Source: Candidatus Hydrogenedentota bacterium
Lineage (GTDB): Bacteria; Hydrogenedentota; Hydrogenedentia; Hydrogenedentales; SLHB01
Length of the DNA: 64,000 nt
Reading direction: 5' to 3'
Assembly (NCBI GenBank): GCA_963674865.2
Contig: CAXXYE010000004.1
Span: forward strand, 192,001-256,000
The translations under genes were made by a program, and so were the position numbers. Under the pieces are notes generated by a model, which made no database searches, was not told the DNA's origin, and saw nothing but the letters and a program-made list of their open reading frames with translations. The stretch's first letter is position 1. Each line of letters opens with the position of its first letter. This document shows positions 47,229 to 56,006 of this stretch, piece after piece.

Positions 47229-49868
47229 TTGAAGAGTGATGATATTCGCGCCAGTTATCTGGACTTCTTCCGGCAACGCGACCACGTTCTGGAACGTAGT
47301 GACACGCTAGTGCCGAGCAATGACCCCTCGCTGCTGTTTACGAGCGCGGGCATGGTGCAGTTCAAGCCATACTACACGGGCGAGGTGCCCGTGCCGTACC
47401 GCCGCGCCACCACCGCGCAGAAATGCCTCCGCGCCGGCGGCAAAGCCAATGACCTCGACGAGGTCGGCAAGACCTCCCGCCACCTCACTTTCTTCGAGAT
47501 GATGGGGAACTTCTCCTTCGGAGACTATTTCAAGCGTGAGACCATTGCGTGGGCCTGGGAATACTCGACTCAAGTGATCAAGCTGGACCCCGACAAGATA
47601 TGGATCTCCGTGTTCCAAGATGATGACGAGGCATTCGACATCTGGGAGAAGGAGATCGGTATCCCGGCAGCGCGGATCGTGCGGCTCGGCGTGAAGGATA
47701 ATTTCTGGGGCCCCGCCGGCGATACCGGCGCGTGCGGCCCCTGCTCGGAGTTGCACATCGACCGGGGCGAGGCCGTGGGCTGCGGCCGGCCCGAGTGCGC
47801 GCCCGGTTGCGAGGAATGCGAGCGCTTTCTCGAGTACTGGAACCTCGTCTTCCCGCAGTTTGACCAGCAGCTCGACGGCTCCCGTCCGCCGCTGAAGAAT
47901 CGCGGCGTAGACACAGGCCTGGGACTCGAACGCCTCGCGGCCATGCTCCAAGGCAAGGAAACGGTCTTCGATACGGACGGCATTTTTCCCATCATCGAGG
48001 CCACCCAATCGCTCACGAATGTCGGCTACTCCGCGAATCCAACGCCCTATCGCGTGATAGCCGACCACGCCCGCGCGCTTTCCTTCATGATCGCCGACGG
48101 TATTCTCCCGTCGAATGAGGGCCGCGGCTACGTCGAGCGCCGCCTGCTGCGCCGCGCCGCGCGGTTCGGCCGGGAACTGGGCCTGGAAAAGCCCTTCCTG
48201 CACGAGGTGGCGCCTGTTGTCGCCGAACTCATGGGCCACCAGTATCCTGAACTCCTCGAGAAAGCCAAGCAGATCGGCAAAGTCATTCTCACCGAGGAGG
48301 AGCGCTTCGCAAGCACCTTGGCCAGAGGCATGGACTTGCTCGAGGAAATGTTCGCCAAACTCGACAAAGCCGGCGAAAAGACGGTTCCCGGCGTCGAGCT
48401 TTTCCGCCTCCACGACACCTTCGGATTCCCCCTCGACCTCGCCACCGATATCGCCACCGACAGAGGCTACGAGGTCGATCGGGAAGGCTTTGACGCCGCC
48501 ATGGCCAAGCAGCGCGAGGCCGCCCGCAGCGCATGGGCCGGGAGCGGGGAGGAGGCCATTGCGCCCGTCTATCCGGCCGTTCGCGATGCCGTGGGCGACA
48601 CCGAGTTCGTGGGATACGAAACGACGGAAACCGAAGCCACCGTTCGGGCCATTATCAAGAACGGCAGTCAGGTTGACAGGCTTGAAGATGGCCAAGAGGG
48701 CGAAGTGGTCCTTGACAAGACTTCTTTCTACGCTGAATCCGGGGGCCAGGTGGCCGACACGGGAGTTCTGGAGGCGCGAAATGGCGCGGCGCAGATAACG
48801 GGCGTTACGGCGCCCGTGGGCAAGATGACGCTCCACAAGGTTCGCGTCGCCAAAGGCGCCCTGGCTGTCGGCGATACGGTAACGGCCACGGTGACCGCGG
48901 GCGACCGCGCCGCTACGGCAGGCCATCACACCGCCACCCACCTGCTCCAGGCGGCGTTGCGCGATGTGCTCGGCGACCACGTCCACCAGGCCGGTTCGCT
49001 CGTGTCGCCGGAGCGGCTACGCTTCGACTTCACCCATTTCGAAGGCATCGACCCTGCGCGCTTGCAGGATATCGAGCGCAAAGTAAACCAGTTCATCCGA
49101 ACCGATAGCCCCGTCGTCACCGATGACACCTCGCTTGCCGAAGCCCGCAACGCCGGCGCTATGGCCCTCTTCGGAGAGAAGTACGAAGACACCGTGCGCG
49201 TCGTGAAGGTAGGGGACATCAGCATGGAACTCTGCGGCGGTACGCATGTCGGGCGAACGGGCGTCATCGGATACTTCAAGATTCTCAGCGAGGCATCCGT
49301 CGCGGCCGGCATTCGCCGTATCGAGGCCGTCTGCGGAGATCGCAGCGTCGAGACGGTGCAGGCGCGTGAGCGCCAACTCGTCGGCACGGCCCAACTGCTC
49401 AACGCTCCCGTCGAAAAACTCCAGGAGCGTGTCCAGGCGCTTCTCGATGAGAACAAGCGCTTGGGCCGAGAGGTTACCCGCTGGAAGCAGGCGGCGGCCA
49501 CCGGCGGCTCGGTGGACTATATGAGCCGCGTGCAGGAGGTGAACGGCGTGAAGCTGCTTGCCACCGACGTGCCGGGCCAGGATGCCGCCGGCCTCCGGAT
49601 GGTTCTGGACAACCTCCGCGAGAAACTAGATTCCGGCGTGATGATCTTGGGCAGCGCGGCCGAAGACAAGGTGTTCTTGTGTGTCGGCGTCTCCAAGGAC
49701 CTCACTGGCCGCGTCAAAGCCGGCGAAATCGTCAAGCGTCTCGCACCGATTGTGGGCGGCGGCGGCGGCGGCCGTCCCGATATGGCTCAAGCTGGCGGGA
49801 AACTGCCCGGCAAGTTGCCTGAAGCCGTCGAGAAGGCCCCGGGAATCGTGGCCGAGCTTCTAGGTTGA
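47229..49868 (+). CDS. alaS: alanine--tRNA ligase
   Basis: DPSLLFTSAGMVQFK, FFEMMGNFSFGDYFK, DTGLGLERL, HTATHLL, ELCGGTH, GGGRPDMAQAGG; TTG start after GGAGA. Confidence 0.97.
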   Translation: MKSDDIRASYLDFFRQRDHVLERSDTLVPSNDPSLLFTSAGMVQFKPYYTGEVPVPYRRATTAQKCLRAGGKANDLDEVGKTSRHLTFFEMMGNFSFGDYFKRETIAWAWEYSTQVIKLDPDKIWISVFQDDDEAFDIWEKEIGIPAARIVRLGVKDNFWGPAGDTGACGPCSELHIDRGEAVGCGRPECAPGCEECERFLEYWNLVFPQFDQQLDGSRPPLKNRGVDTGLGLERLAAMLQGKETVFDTDGIFPIIEATQSLTNVGYSANPTPYRVIADHARALSFMIADGILPSNEGRGYVERRLLRRAARFGRELGLEKPFLHEVAPVVAELMGHQYPELLEKAKQIGKVILTEEERFASTLARGMDLLEEMFAKLDKAGEKTVPGVELFRLHDTFGFPLDLATDIATDRGYEVDREGFDAAMAKQREAARSAWAGSGEEAIAPVYPAVRDAVGDTEFVGYETTETEATVRAIIKNGSQVDRLEDGQEGEVVLDKTSFYAESGGQVADTGVLEARNGAAQITGVTAPVGKMTLHKVRVAKGALAVGDTVTATVTAGDRAATAGHHTATHLLQAALRDVLGDHVHQAGSLVSPERLRFDFTHFEGIDPARLQDIERKVNQFIRTDSPVVTDDTSLAEARNAGAMALFGEKYEDTVRVVKVGDISMELCGGTHVGRTGVIGYFKILSEASVAAGIRRIEAVCGDRSVETVQARERQLVGTAQLLNAPVEKLQERVQALLDENKRLGREVTRWKQAAATGGSVDYMSRVQEVNGVKLLATDVPGQDAAGLRMVLDNLREKLDSGVMILGSAAEDKVFLCVGVSKDLTGRVKAGEIVKRLAPIVGGGGGGRPDMAQAGGKLPGKLPEAVEKAPGIVAELLG

Positions 49869-50308
49869 ACGCTGTGTCTGTGCTAGGGCGCATACTCGGA
49901 CTCGACGTCGGCGATGTGCGCATCGGAGTGGCCGTCAGCGACCCGCTTGGCATCATTGCCCAGCCGCACTCCGTGGTGACGCGAACGGATCTCGACGCCG
50001 ACCTCTTAGCGCTGCGGCGCCTCGTTGAAGAGACGGAGGCCATACGCATTGTCGCCGGAATGCCTCTCAACCAGCATGGAAAGCCCGGCCCTCAGGCGGA
50101 GAAAGTCCAAGCGTTTCTCGATAAGCTACGGCCTGTGGCCGGTGTGGAGATCGTGACGCAGGACGAGCGTTTTAGTACGGCCTCGGCCGAGCGGGCTTTG
50201 ATTCAAGCCGATGTCAGGCGCAAGCGGCGCAAACAAGTCATCGACAAGGTAGCCGCCCAGCAGATTCTCCAAACGTACCTTGATCGACTCGCCCGGAGCA
50301 GGCCCTGA
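49865..50308 (+). CDS. yqgF: YqgF/RuvX pre-16S rRNA nuclease
   Basis: LGLDVGDVRIGVAVSD, DERFST, IDKVAAQQILQTYLD. Confidence 0.94.
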   Translation: MNAVSVLGRILGLDVGDVRIGVAVSDPLGIIAQPHSVVTRTDLDADLLALRRLVEETEAIRIVAGMPLNQHGKPGPQAEKVQAFLDKLRPVAGVEIVTQDERFSTASAERALIQADVRRKRRKQVIDKVAAQQILQTYLDRLARSRP

Positions 50309-50310
50309 GC

Positions 50311-51450
50311 ATGACCGACGAACCAGCCGAAGCGGGACGCCCCACATCCGGCCGGAAGCGTTTCTGGCTTCGGCTCCTGTTCAAGCTATTTGCCTCCGTG
50401 GGCGTCCTCATCCTCCTGCTGCTTATCGCGTTTGCCTTTGTGGGCTTCCTCGTATACCAACACGTCACCGAACCCGGCTTCCCGGGCGAGGTGGTTCGCG
50501 TCACCATTCCACAGGGCGTGACGGGGCGCGAGGTGGGGCGTTTGCTGACCGAGCAGGGCCTTCTTGAACACGAGGGATTCCTGCGTATCGCCATGCACTT
50601 CGACGATACCGGCAAACCCATCAAGCACGGCCTCTACGCGCTGCCGCGTGGACTATCGCCGCGCGAGCTTCTTCACGTGCTCCAGCAGGGGCCCAACCGC
50701 GCGCCCGAGGCCGCGGAAATCCCGCCCGAAGGCAAGGTGACTATCCCCGAGGGCCGGACCCTCCATCAGATGGCCCAGACCTTTGACGATCCCGGCGCTT
50801 TCTTGAACGCTGCTTCCGATCCCGCGCTGCTGGAACGGCTGGGAATAGACGCCCCCAATCTTGAGGGCTTCCTCATGCCCGATACCTATTACTTTGACGA
50901 TGAGCCCAGCCCATCGGCGCTCGTGGCGCGAATGGTAGGCGAGTTCGAGGCGGTTTACGCGGATCTTCTCGAAGAGTTCCCCGAAGCAGGTGCGCGAGAC
51001 AAGATGGAAGTTGTCACCATAGCGTCCCTCATCGAAAAAGAGGCCCGCGCCGACGAGGAGCGCCCACTGATAGCCGCCGTAATCGCCAACCGAGTGCGGC
51101 GCGGGATGCCTCTCGAACTCGACGCTACCGTGCAGTACGCCCTGGGCAAGTTCGGCGAGCGCGTGCTCTACGAGGACAAGGAAGTCGATTCCCCCTACAA
51201 CACCTACAAGTACGCCGGCCTCCCGCCCGGCCCTATCGCCAATCCCGGCCGCGCCTGTCTACGCGCCGCCATGAACCCGGCTGACGCCGACTATCTCTAC
51301 TTCGTCTCGAATGCCGACGGAAGAACGCACACCTTCAGCCGCAGTCTATCGGAGCATACGCGCGCCGTGGCACGTTACCGCAGGGCCATTGCCTCGCAGC
51401 GCCGCGAACTAAGACAACAGGAACGTGCCTCTTCGCGCCCCGTCGATTGA
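50311..51450 (+). CDS. mltG: endolytic transglycosylase MltG
   Basis: TIPEG, LEGFLMPDTY, ASLIEKE, SPYNTY...GLPPGPIANPG, YLYFV. Confidence 0.95.
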   Translation: MTDEPAEAGRPTSGRKRFWLRLLFKLFASVGVLILLLLIAFAFVGFLVYQHVTEPGFPGEVVRVTIPQGVTGREVGRLLTEQGLLEHEGFLRIAMHFDDTGKPIKHGLYALPRGLSPRELLHVLQQGPNRAPEAAEIPPEGKVTIPEGRTLHQMAQTFDDPGAFLNAASDPALLERLGIDAPNLEGFLMPDTYYFDDEPSPSALVARMVGEFEAVYADLLEEFPEAGARDKMEVVTIASLIEKEARADEERPLIAAVIANRVRRGMPLELDATVQYALGKFGERVLYEDKEVDSPYNTYKYAGLPPGPIANPGRACLRAAMNPADADYLYFVSNADGRTHTFSRSLSEHTRAVARYRRAIASQRRELRQQERASSRPVD

Positions 51451-51652
51451 ACGGCGAGGTGACTGTTGCTGGCGGCCCGTTGTGCTCCGCTCGCCGTACC
51501 TTCAGGGCGACGCCGCCTTTGAGTCTTACCTTGATGGGGCCGTCTCGCAACAGGATGAGGAGGCGGGCTTGGTGCGAATCAGAAGGAAAACGGGCGAAAC
51601 CTCGACCACGCTCCCGCGGCTCGCGGCGCGATAGTTGCCCGCCCCACCAATC

Positions 51653-52186
51653 TCACGACCGGCCGTGGGCGTGTTCCTTGGCTTGGTGCTTGCGGAGGCG
51701 CTCCCCGGTGTAGCGATCCCGCAACCGGTTCTCTCGCACTTGAAACGCGTGCACCTCGTTCTGAAGGAGATGGACGATGTCGAGCTTCTCTTCCTCGTTA
51801 AGGCACACGTCTGGTTCGCAAAGCACGACCGCAACAAGAGGCCGATCGCTGTGGTGTAAGCAGTTCTTGGTACAGGCCCGCCGTGCCGGGCCGTGGCAGC
51901 GGCACTGAATGGCGCCCATGGGGGAGACCTCGTTATCGTGACTGAATATCGCCGTCGCCGCGACATAATGCCTGCAGAGGTTGGTTAGAAAGGGACCCAA
52001 GCGTGCAACCTCGATCAACGTACTGCGCTTGATGGACTTGCCGTCTGTGGAACAGAGGACCTCGGCATGGCCGATCCGGATAGATTTCAAGAGTTCGCCG
52101 CATAGAAACGCCACGGCGCGGTCCAGCGTCTCGAACTTAGACACAACCGTCACCGCCAAGTCCCTCGTAAATGTGGCCCCAAACAA
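51653..52186 (-). CDS. hypothetical Cys/His-rich protein, possibly GAF-like
   Basis: 177-aa ORF filling the gap, protein-like composition, 9 Cys. Confidence 0.55.
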   Translation of the reverse strand: MFGATFTRDLAVTVVSKFETLDRAVAFLCGELLKSIRIGHAEVLCSTDGKSIKRSTLIEVARLGPFLTNLCRHYVAATAIFSHDNEVSPMGAIQCRCHGPARRACTKNCLHHSDRPLVAVVLCEPDVCLNEEEKLDIVHLLQNEVHAFQVRENRLRDRYTGERLRKHQAKEHAHGRS

Positions 52187-52377
52187 GCGGGACCGGTGCC
52201 CCTTAGGAACTTCGCGAGCACTATTGTATCATGCAACCCCCTTAACGTAAAGGGATTTCTGGGGGGCGTTTCCCCTGCGGGCGTATCGACATCTTACCGC
52301 CGAAACTGAACAGAATGTGCAATAATGTGGAGAGCATTGCCTGATTTCCCGTGTGTGTGGCGTGAGGGGGAGGAGTC

Positions 52378-52899
52378 ATGGGATTCACGGGCCTCAACGG
52401 CGCAGGAGGCTGGCACATGAGCGGCTTGTCGCACGGCATACGGCTGCTCATCGCGTGGCTCTTTCCTGTGCCCTTCATTGTGATAGGAGTATTCTTACTC
52501 ATTTTCGGCGTCAAGAGCGTGAGCAGGGCCGGCAAGAGCGTTCACTGGCCGCGCGCGGCCGGCGTCGTCAGAGAGGCATGGGTGGAAGAAGACCCCTTCG
52601 ACAATACCTACGGCTTCATTCTTCGCTATGAGTACGACGTGGACGGAACCACATACACCGGCGACACCGTGGATTTCGGCGATTACGGTTCGAGCAACCC
52701 CTCTCATGCGCAGGGCATTGTCGACCGCTATCCTGAAGGCAAGGAAGTGGCAGTTTACTACATGCCCGAAAAGCCCGATGTGTGCGTGCTGGAGCCTGGA
52801 CTGAAACCGTATATCTGGCTTGCCCCCATCGGCGGTTTGGTGTTTCTTGTCGCCGGCCTGCTGATGGCCGTGGCTGTGCCGCTGCTGACGAGGAAGTGA
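52378..52899 (+). CDS. DUF3592 domain protein
   Basis: TM, SVHWPRAAGVV, YEYDVDGTTY, YPEGKEVAVYYMPEKP, TM. Confidence 0.88.
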   Translation: MGFTGLNGAGGWHMSGLSHGIRLLIAWLFPVPFIVIGVFLLIFGVKSVSRAGKSVHWPRAAGVVREAWVEEDPFDNTYGFILRYEYDVDGTTYTGDTVDFGDYGSSNPSHAQGIVDRYPEGKEVAVYYMPEKPDVCVLEPGLKPYIWLAPIGGLVFLVAGLLMAVAVPLLTRK

Positions 52900-52978
52900 G
52901 TCGCTTTCCTGTTCGCCCGTGGCCACTCCCGGAATCCGATGTGAAACGGCCATCCCTCGTGCAACTCCCCCCGTTGTG

Positions 52979-53006
52979 TGTGACTTCGCGGACGCCGAAA
53001 CGTATA
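52979..53006 (+). promoter_or_regulatory. candidate ECF-type autoregulatory promoter
   Basis: TGTGAC-N16-CGTATA directly upstream of the ECF sigma gene. Confidence 0.45.
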
Positions 53007-53064
53007 CATTATGGGCGACGGGGACGCGAAGCCGGTGGATGGGGAGAAGGGAGACCACAACACG

Positions 53065-53652
53065 ATGAGCAGGGCGAGGCACGGGACGGCCTCCGAAGGC
53101 GGGGGAGAACACTTATTGGCACGTGTCGCGACCGGTGAATCGGCGCCTTTTGGGGAATGGTGCGCACGGCTCGAGGCGCCTTTGTTCACCTACCTGCTGC
53201 GGCTTGTGGGCGACCGTACTGAGGCCGAGGACCTGACGCAGGAGGCGTTTCTTCGCGTCTTTCGTATGGCTCGCGAACGGCGCCTGCGGGGCGATGACGC
53301 CTCCGGCCGCGCGCTTCTCTTCACTATTGCCCATAACCTGGCAATGGATTCCCACCGCCGCGTCCGAAACGTCGTTCCCCTCAAACCATCGGATCCTCCC
53401 CCCGCTTCGACCGCCGCGGAACGGGCCCTGCTCCGGCGTGAGTTGGACAAGGCCCTCGGCGATCTTCCTGAGGCGCAGCGCTCCGCCCTCATGCTACGCG
53501 AATTCGGCGGCCTGTCCTACGGCGACATCGCCCGCGCGCTCGACGCCAATGAAGGTAGGGTGAAAACCTGGCTCTACCGGGCCCGGCGGAAGCTCGCGGA
53601 ACTCCTCGACCGTGAGGGCCAGTACATCGGAGAACAACACCATGGCCTGTGA
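53065..53652 (+). CDS. ECF RNA polymerase sigma factor
   Basis: AEDLTQEAFLR, LFTIAHNLAMD, LPEAQRSALML...LSYGDIA...VKTWLYRARRKL; alternative start 53011. Confidence 0.93.
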   Translation: MSRARHGTASEGGGEHLLARVATGESAPFGEWCARLEAPLFTYLLRLVGDRTEAEDLTQEAFLRVFRMARERRLRGDDASGRALLFTIAHNLAMDSHRRVRNVVPLKPSDPPPASTAAERALLRRELDKALGDLPEAQRSALMLREFGGLSYGDIARALDANEGRVKTWLYRARRKLAELLDREGQYIGEQHHGL

Positions 53653-55636
53653 CTATGAGCGAATATCAGCCTATTGGGACGGCGCGTTGGACAGCGCAAC
53701 TCGGGAAGAAGTCGAGGTACATCTCAAACATTGCGAAGCCTGCCGCCGCGAACTCGAACGCTTCAAGCGGACCTCGACTCTCATCGGCGAACTGATCGCG
53801 CAACCTGATGTCCACCAATGCCTTATGGAGCGTATCGAGCGCGAGGAAGCCGCCTCGCAGCGTCCGGGACGGAGCCCACGCAGCCGGCGTTGGCTCGCCG
53901 CCGCAGCGGTTTTCTGCGTGGCCTTGGCCGCGGCCCTGTACCTTGCCTTGGCGCGGCCCAGGGATGAGGGCCAGCCCGTCACGCACGGGACCCACGCGTC
54001 CGGCCCAGTCCCATCAATCGACGAAGGGCCCGACGGTGAGGGAGAAGCGACGCAAGACGTTCCAGCCGTGCAGGTTGCGGCCGTGCCCGGTGAGAGCTTC
54101 CACGAGGGGGGCGCTCCCGGCATGGCGCGTGTCGACGAACTGCCTCTGATACTCACCGGGACGACCACCGGGCCCGAACCCACGGCCGTTATCGCCAATA
54201 TCGAGGAAGACACGTCCGGCACCTTCAGTACAGGCGACTCCGTGCTTCCCGGCGTCGAACTCGTCGAGGTTGCCGCCGACCACGTGGTGCTTGAGAACCA
54301 GGGCGTGCGCGAAGTCCTTGAACTCGGCGGGGATGCTTCGAACAAGGGGCGTCCTCCCATCGACGGGCTGTGGAAGTTACGCGAGTGGATCGGCGATCGC
54401 TGGCTGGAGGCCCCGCGCGAAATCACGATCAAGCGGCGAGGACATCGGCTTACCTTTGTCAGGTCCAAGGGGTCTGACTGGGGCAAAGCCTTCCTCTCCG
54501 GAAACCGCGTTATTGCCCGCTTCATCAACGTCGGCGAAGGCGCCGAGGTGCCCATGGAAGGCGCGTTTAACGATGAACGTACGATGCTCGAACTCGCGGG
54601 GCGAATGCGCCTCTCTCCCGGCATGGAGCCGCGCCCCGTCAAGTACGAATTCACGAAGATAGACACAGGCCCCCAGGAACTTGATGAGAAGATGAGGAGG
54701 CTCGAGAAGGAAGTCGCCGAAATGCACTGGGCCATATTGGCCTACGCGAAGGAGCATTGCGGCCGGTTTCCTGCAAATCTCGACGAGGCCGGTGAGGAGT
54801 ATGAACGCACGACCGGCCATTTCGTGGACCTCGACGGCAACGAGCAAGTCTTCCACGAGACGGTGGAGAGCAGGCACGAGCTTTTTGCCGACACGCGGAG
54901 CCGCCGTGTCACGTACCACCACCCCACAGGCATCATGCCTGGTACCGGCGTATGGCCACGGCCGTGGCCTGACCACCAACCCTATTCGCCTGAACGACTT
55001 AAAGCCTATGAAAGCGCACTCGAACGACAATGGGGCAGCAAGTTCCGCAATCCGGAGCCCCTCCTCACGGTTACCTACAGCGACCCGGCCGTGGTGATCA
55101 CGGCGGACGTGCTGGGCAGAGTCACGACCGCACCGCGGGCGGGCGGCGCAACGGGTGTCGGGGCGGTGGCGGACGCATCTTCTGATCAGGCGACAGAGGC
55201 CGAAGATATGAAGAGGTGCAGGACGAATCTGAGGCAGCTCTCCTTGAGCCTCACCGGCTTTCACGGTTCTGATGCGGGCTCCATGCCTCCGGGTTGGCTG
55301 AGTCTCTATGATTACAACCCTCAAAGCTTCTTTAAGTTCACATCTTTCACCTGTCCCGCCGACAAACCTAACGCGATAAGCTACGAAATCGTTTTCCCGG
55401 CCGTCAATGAGGAACGCCTCGTCGAGATCGCGCTGGCTGTTGGGACGGCCGTGGATGACCTCCCGGAGGAGCAGGCGCGCCAGCGCCTACGCCTGTTAAG
55501 CGACGTGCCCATCGTCATCGAGAAGCACGCCCACCCCGATGGCCGCCGGAACGTCCTGTTCTATGGCGGCCGCGTCGAGTCACTCACCCCAGAGATGTGG
55601 GCCATCAAAGTCAAACCGTACCTCAAGTACCGATGA
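53642..55636 (+). CDS. zf-HC2 anti-sigma factor with GspC-like and pilin-like extracytoplasmic domains
   Basis: ISAYWDG...HLKHCEAC, TM, LILTGT...TAVI...GDSVLPGVELVEVAADHVVLENQGVREVL, CRTNLRQL...CPAD...HPDGRRNVLFYGGRVE. Confidence 0.85.
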   Translation: MACDYERISAYWDGALDSATREEVEVHLKHCEACRRELERFKRTSTLIGELIAQPDVHQCLMERIEREEAASQRPGRSPRSRRWLAAAAVFCVALAAALYLALARPRDEGQPVTHGTHASGPVPSIDEGPDGEGEATQDVPAVQVAAVPGESFHEGGAPGMARVDELPLILTGTTTGPEPTAVIANIEEDTSGTFSTGDSVLPGVELVEVAADHVVLENQGVREVLELGGDASNKGRPPIDGLWKLREWIGDRWLEAPREITIKRRGHRLTFVRSKGSDWGKAFLSGNRVIARFINVGEGAEVPMEGAFNDERTMLELAGRMRLSPGMEPRPVKYEFTKIDTGPQELDEKMRRLEKEVAEMHWAILAYAKEHCGRFPANLDEAGEEYERTTGHFVDLDGNEQVFHETVESRHELFADTRSRRVTYHHPTGIMPGTGVWPRPWPDHQPYSPERLKAYESALERQWGSKFRNPEPLLTVTYSDPAVVITADVLGRVTTAPRAGGATGVGAVADASSDQATEAEDMKRCRTNLRQLSLSLTGFHGSDAGSMPPGWLSLYDYNPQSFFKFTSFTCPADKPNAISYEIVFPAVNEERLVEIALAVGTAVDDLPEEQARQRLRLLSDVPIVIEKHAHPDGRRNVLFYGGRVESLTPEMWAIKVKPYLKYR

Positions 55637-55822
55637 AACAGCGTTGAGCATTGAGGTGGCTAGCCTCGGAAAACGAAGGCCGGACGGCGTTTCCGCTCAG
55701 AGAGACGCCGCACAATCTCGCGGGATTTCGACGGACATAAATACTAATACTGAATCTATGTCAATTAATTCACCCTTGTTTCCGGGCCTCGTTGCCGCAG
55801 CGACCTCGCCGTCTGGTCGTCC

Positions 55823-55854
55823 CGGGAGGGTCACGCTCCCGCGTGACCTGCGCC
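55823..55854 (+). repeat. REP-like palindrome, copy 1
   Basis: CGGGAG-GGTCACGC-TCCC-GCGTGACC-TGCGCC. Confidence 0.8.
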
Positions 55855-55973
55855 CCTATCCCATTCAGAATCAATCCCTTATGACATGACGTATGCAACA
55901 CCTTGGGCTATAGGGTAGAGAGGTAAGTCTACCTCTTTGGCTGAGAGCTTATGAAGCGAGGGTAGGGCGCTGA

Positions 55974-56005
55974 CGGGAGGGTCACGCTCCTGCGTGACCT
56001 GCGCC
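55974..56005 (+). repeat. REP-like palindrome, copy 2
   Basis: 31/32 identical to copy 1; the single difference is in the loop. Confidence 0.8.
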
Positions 56006-56006
56006 G

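Noticed and set aside
47307..48986. 559-aa antisense ORF over alaS
   Set aside because: Shadow of a conserved gene; no independent evidence
55823..56005. Possible CRISPR mini-array
   Set aside because: Only two repeats, a 119-bp spacer and no cas genes; fits REP-like elements better
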